A DNA stretch of 64,000 nt, from the NCBI GenBank assembly GCA_965207065.1, contig OZ242260.1, positions 2,656,001 through 2,720,000 of the forward strand, given 5' to 3'. The DNA comes from a bacterium (GTDB lineage: Bacteria > UBA8248). Under the pieces are notes generated by a model, which was not told the origin of the DNA, did not search any database, and saw only the letters and a list, made by a program, of their open reading frames with translations. Shown here piece after piece: positions 59,825-64,000 of the stretch. The first letter of the stretch is position 1; each line of letters opens with the position of its first letter. A program made the translations under genes and the position numbers.

Positions 59825-61351
59825 ATGCCTAGATGGTTCGTGAAGGGTGATATCGACGGCTTTTTCGGCCTGTGGATGGACAACCTCATCAATCTTCTGC
59901 TCATCGTGAGTTTCTTGAAAGGGTTGCTGGGTTTTCCCGAGTCACTAATATTCGGGCGCGTATTGCCCGCTGCGGCCCTGAGTCTTCTGGGGGGCAACCT
60001 TTTCTATACTTGGCAGGCGCGGCGTCTGGCCGTACGCGAAGGCCGAGACGATGTGACCGCCATGCCTTACGGCCTCAACACGGTGACGCTGTTTGCGTTC
60101 ATCTTTTTCGTCATGCTGCCCGTCAAGCTCAAGACCGGAAGCGCCGAAGCGGCCTGGCAGGCAGGTCTGGCGGCCTGTTTCGTGAGCGGGGTGATCGAGA
60201 CAGTCGGTGCGCTGGTGGGCGGGTGGATCAGGCGGGTCGCGCCAAGGGCCGCTCTGCTCTCCGCACTTGGAGGCATCGCGCTCACTTTCATTGCGATGGA
60301 TTTCGCATTCAGAATCTGGGAGAATCCGCTCCTCTCCATGGTGCCCCTGGGAATCATCCTGGTCCATTATTTCGGCGGATTCAGATTTCCCTTCGGCGTG
60401 CCGGGTGGCCTCGTAGCGGTGGCGTTGGGAGTGGTTCTCTCCGCTGTCATCAAGGGGTTTCCGGTCGGTATCCCGGCGCCTGTAGGGCTGGCGCTTCCAT
60501 CCTCCGCCCTCGGGCCTTTGTCTGACGCTCTTTTCGGTCCGCTGGCCTGGGACTACCTCGCGGTTTCCATCCCCATGGGTCTGATGACGCTGGTGGGCAG
60601 CCTGATGTGCCTGGAAAGCGCAGCTGCGGCCGGTGACAGTTACGACACGGGTAGCTCCCTCGCGGTGAACGGCGCGGGATCGCTTCTCGCGGCGTGCTTG
60701 GGGAGTTGTTTTCCCACGACGATATATATCGGACATCCGGCCTGGAAGAGGGTTGGGGCGCGCGCTGGTTACAGCGCCTTGAACGGGACGGTGATGACGG
60801 TTCTCTGCTTTACTGGTTCGATAGCGGCGCTTTCGAAAATCATTCCGGGCGAGGCGCTCTTCGCCCTCATGCTCTGGATCGGGGTGATGATGCTCACCCA
60901 GGCATTTCAGGCTGTGCCGAAGAACCACGGGCCGGCCGTGGCTATCGGTTTGATACCCGCCATCGCCGCCTGGGGTTTGCTGATGGTGGAATCCTCCCTC
61001 AGGGGAGCGGGCACAACCTTGTGGAAAGTGGGACAGGACGCGTTCGCCAAAGTGGGTTTTCACCTGGTGGGGATGGTTACCTTGGAGCGTGGATTTCTAT
61101 TTACGTCCATCATCCTTACGGCCATCGTAGCGAAACTGGTAGATAAGGAACCGAAACAGGCGGGAGGATGGGCGTTGGCCGGCGCGGTATTGAGCTGGTT
61201 CGGGATAATTCACGCCTGGAGAATCACGCCCGGCGGCGTCGTTAGTTTTTTCGGCTGGGGGGCGGCGCCTGGCATAGCTGTCGGTTACTTGCTTATCGCG
61301 GTCTTGTTTTTCTTGTTCGGGCTGAAACCCTTGGATAAAGTAACATCTTGA
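59825..61351 (+). CDS. NCS2/AzgA-like nucleobase permease
   Basis: GD.DGFFGL..DN, TA.PYG.N, TIYIGHP.WK..GAR.GYS; many TM helices. Confidence 0.82.
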   Translation: MPRWFVKGDIDGFFGLWMDNLINLLLIVSFLKGLLGFPESLIFGRVLPAAALSLLGGNLFYTWQARRLAVREGRDDVTAMPYGLNTVTLFAFIFFVMLPVKLKTGSAEAAWQAGLAACFVSGVIETVGALVGGWIRRVAPRAALLSALGGIALTFIAMDFAFRIWENPLLSMVPLGIILVHYFGGFRFPFGVPGGLVAVALGVVLSAVIKGFPVGIPAPVGLALPSSALGPLSDALFGPLAWDYLAVSIPMGLMTLVGSLMCLESAAAAGDSYDTGSSLAVNGAGSLLAACLGSCFPTTIYIGHPAWKRVGARAGYSALNGTVMTVLCFTGSIAALSKIIPGEALFALMLWIGVMMLTQAFQAVPKNHGPAVAIGLIPAIAAWGLLMVESSLRGAGTTLWKVGQDAFAKVGFHLVGMVTLERGFLFTSIILTAIVAKLVDKEPKQAGGWALAGAVLSWFGIIHAWRITPGGVVSFFGWGAAPGIAVGYLLIAVLFFLFGLKPLDKVTS

Positions 61352-61406
61352 GCGGACTGGTTCGAGTTCGTTACGGTAGAGACGCTTTTCGCCGTCTGGA
61401 GAGGAT

Positions 61407-62927
61407 ATGAAGATGCAAAATGAGTCGGTATTTGATTTGGTATCCATCGGTGGGGGTGTCGGCGGTCTGGTGGCGTCCGTTGGGGCTGCCCAACTGGGGG
61501 CCAAAGCCGCGCTCGTGGAGAAGGCGAAGCTCGGCGGAGATTGCCTGAACTATGGGTGCGTGCCTTCGAAAGGTCTTATCCGCTCGGCGCGGCTTGCTGC
61601 GCAGGCGCGCTCGATGCCCGAGTTCGGGATTGACGTGAGCGACGTGCGGGTCGATTTTCCCCGTGTCATGAAGCGGATGAAGGCGGCCCAGGCCCACATC
61701 GGCGAGCATGATGCGCCAGAGCGTTTCGAGGGCATGGGAATTGAGGTGATCTTCGGAGATGGCGCTTTCACCGGTCCCGATACGTTTCAGATTGGGGACA
61801 GGACGCTGCGGGCCAAGCGGTTTTTGCTGTCCATGGGCAGCTCTCCCTTCGTGCCGCCCATCGCCGGTCTCGATAGCGTGCCCTATCTCACGAACGAGAC
61901 CGTTTTCGATTTGGAGGAGTTGCCGAGACGCCTGGTTGTGCTGGGAGCGGGACCGATAGGACTGGAATTGTCACAGGCGTTTCAGCAACTCGGCGCAGAG
62001 GTGGAAGTGCTGCAAAGCGCACCTAAGCTCTTGCCGAGACTCGATAAGGAAATGGCTGAAATTCTGGCCGATTCCTTGACGGAATCCGGTCTCAAACTCC
62101 ATTTCAACGTGAACACGCAGAGAGTCGAGAAACGAGGGGAAGAGATTTTTTTAGAGGCCGATACGCCGTCTGGAAAAAGGGAGTGGGTGTGCGATCAACT
62201 GCTCATTGCGACTGGACGATCGCCCAACGTGGGTGGGATGGACCTGGAGAAGGCTGGCGTGATTTACACCCCGCACGGTGTGGAGACGGATGAATATCTT
62301 CAAACCGCGAATCCGCGCATCTTCGCCGCAGGCGATATCAGGGGCCAGTATCTCTTTACCCACATGGCGGAGTATGAGGCGGGTGTGGCGCTCAGGAACA
62401 TGCTCTTCAGCGCGCCATTTGGCATCTCGCTCCCGTTTCTGAAGAAGAAAACGAACTATGACGCCGTGCCGTGGACGATCTATACCACACCCGAGGCGGC
62501 GCATGTCGGTATGAGCGAAGCTGACGCCGAAGCGGCATTGGGGGCGAATCGCATCCAAGTGTTTCGCTTTCCGATGAACCGTGTGGATCGCGCCGTCCTG
62601 GACGGGGAAACGGAAGGAATCTGCAAGGTCGTGTGCGACGAGAAGGGAAGGCTCGTGGGAACTGATCTGGTCGGGCCAGCAGCGGGCGAGATATTACACG
62701 AGTTCGTGCTGGCCGTCCGCAAGAAGATGCACATCAAGGAGGTGGTGGATACGGTTCACGTCTATCCCACTCTGGCGCAGGTGAACAAGAGGGTGGCGGG
62801 TCGATATTATGCCGAAAGGCTCTTCACGCCGGCCTTCAGGAAGAAAATGCAACGCTTGTTCGGGCTTAAGGGTAGCTTGGAAGTGACCGACCCTGCTGAT
62901 CTCAACGGGCACGGCGCGGAGGAGTAG
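61407..62927 (+). CDS. FAD-dependent pyridine nucleotide-disulfide oxidoreductase (LpdA/MerA-like)
   Basis: G.G..G, GGDCLNYGCVPSK, G.GPIG.E, GD, HVYPT; no C-terminal Cys-Cys. Confidence 0.9.
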   Translation: MKMQNESVFDLVSIGGGVGGLVASVGAAQLGAKAALVEKAKLGGDCLNYGCVPSKGLIRSARLAAQARSMPEFGIDVSDVRVDFPRVMKRMKAAQAHIGEHDAPERFEGMGIEVIFGDGAFTGPDTFQIGDRTLRAKRFLLSMGSSPFVPPIAGLDSVPYLTNETVFDLEELPRRLVVLGAGPIGLELSQAFQQLGAEVEVLQSAPKLLPRLDKEMAEILADSLTESGLKLHFNVNTQRVEKRGEEIFLEADTPSGKREWVCDQLLIATGRSPNVGGMDLEKAGVIYTPHGVETDEYLQTANPRIFAAGDIRGQYLFTHMAEYEAGVALRNMLFSAPFGISLPFLKKKTNYDAVPWTIYTTPEAAHVGMSEADAEAALGANRIQVFRFPMNRVDRAVLDGETEGICKVVCDEKGRLVGTDLVGPAAGEILHEFVLAVRKKMHIKEVVDTVHVYPTLAQVNKRVAGRYYAERLFTPAFRKKMQRLFGLKGSLEVTDPADLNGHGAEE

Positions 62928-62932
62928 AGCCG

Positions 62933-63526
62933 CTACACGCCGAAATCCTTGATTTTTGGTTCATCAAGACCCAGGGCGTGACCGATTTCATGCAGCAGCA
63001 GGTCGCCTATTTTTTCTCTGTAGCGCTTCGGGTCTCGCCTGCATTCGCTTTTGACAACTGAAGCGTATATCTCAATCGCGTTCAATTGAGGAATCCACAC
63101 GGCCACGGGATAGCTTCCCACTGCGCGTACGATTTCAGGCGGCGGGAGGGTCAGCAGCCGGACGGGGATGCCCCGGGCTTCAATTTCACGCGCCATTTGC
63201 GGATGAATATCCTCCTTCATGACGTCGTCGAGGATTTGCTCCATCAGTATGATCTCTTCTTCGGACGCTTCCGGGAAGTAAGACTCCATGAAATCGATAA
63301 GTTCCGCCTCGTCCTCAGGAATCTCGGGTTCTTTGGGAGGGAAGAGGGCTTCTCTGTATTCGGAGAGTCTGGCGCTCCCCATAACCGCGAAGAAGATGAT
63401 CGCACCCAGCGCGATGACGCCCGCAAACCAGGCCAGACCAATAAGGGGTTTGATGTAGGGTTTCCACCACCAGGACTGCAGGAAATTCCAATCGCCCAAG
63501 AGATTCGTCATCGAGAAGGCATCCAA
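62933..63526 (-). CDS. Membrane-anchored zincin-like metallopeptidase
   Basis: N-terminal TM; C-terminal HEIGHALG. Confidence 0.7.
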   Translation of the reverse strand: MDAFSMTNLLGDWNFLQSWWWKPYIKPLIGLAWFAGVIALGAIIFFAVMGSARLSEYREALFPPKEPEIPEDEAELIDFMESYFPEASEEEIILMEQILDDVMKEDIHPQMAREIEARGIPVRLLTLPPPEIVRAVGSYPVAVWIPQLNAIEIYASVVKSECRRDPKRYREKIGDLLLHEIGHALGLDEPKIKDFGV

Positions 63527-63647
63527 AAGGCAAATCGGGGAGAATTTCTAATTGGAGACGCTGGAACTGATCGATCTAGAGGATTCCGGGGGCGTGCATC
63601 CCCGCCATGCACAAACAGAAGGCCGTATGCGCATCCGAAAGATTCGT

Positions 63648-64000
63648 TCAACCCTCGAGGGTCATGAGCATGGGCTCTTCCAACGCATCGGCCACCCACC
63701 TCAAGAATTTGACGCCATCCGCTCCGTCAATAATGCGGTGATCGTAAGAAACCATGAGCGGAAGCATCAGGCGCGGTTCGAATTTCTTCTCGGCTTTCGC
63801 CCAAACCGGTTCCATCCGCGCCCGGGAGACGCCGAGGATGGCGACTTCGGGCCAGTTCACTATCGGGGTGAAATAGGTGCCGCCAAAGCCTCCGAGGTTC
63901 GTGATGGTGATGGAGCCGCCCTGCATGTCGTCAGGAGCGAGTTTTCGGGAGCGGGCGCGTTCCGCCGCTACACCTAGTTCCACTGATAGTTCGACGATGT
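63648..64000 (-). CDS. 2-oxoacid dehydrogenase E2 (dihydrolipoamide acyltransferase), 3' end
   Basis: TITNLGG.GG..FTPIVN.PEVAILG and [10 protein letters not shown]. Confidence 0.95.
   Translation of the reverse strand, partial: IVELSVELGVAAERARSRKLAPDDMQGGSITITNLGGFGGTYFTPIVNWPEVAILGVSRARMEPVWAKAEKKFEPRLMLPLMVSYDHRIIDGADGVKFLRWVADALEEPMLMTLEG

Noticed and set aside
61407-62927. merA call
   Set aside because: Lacks the C-terminal Cys-Cys pair and NmerA domain; no other mer genes nearby

Overview
GC-rich bacterial chromosomal segment, mostly accessory or catabolic genes. I saw no rRNA, tRNA, CRISPR array, integrase or transposase. Contents in order: a c-type cytochrome cluster (one cytochrome flanked by about 15 Asn-Pro-Cys repeats), a cyclase/SucC-SucD-like operon, arsC plus an aquaglyceroporin, an Fe3+/PgtC-like ABC transporter, a complete mrpABCDEFG antiporter, an AT-richer type III restriction-modification pair, several oxidoreductases and hydrolases, SulP, MATE, two Liv-type ABC transporters, a lone putative nuclease, an NCS2 permease and a pyridine nucleotide-disulfide reductase. 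The most notable item was missed by the ORF track: a probable selenoprotein at 58899-59651 (-), a glutaredoxin domain with an in-frame UGA in a UxxC motif and a SECIS-like hairpin, fused to a DinB-type domain. Intergenic DNA is rich in GTAG/CGTC REP palindromes and nested MITE-like elements with 7-bp target duplications. A diverged ~225-bp duplication flanks sulP. All family calls come from motif recognition by eye; no database search was run.
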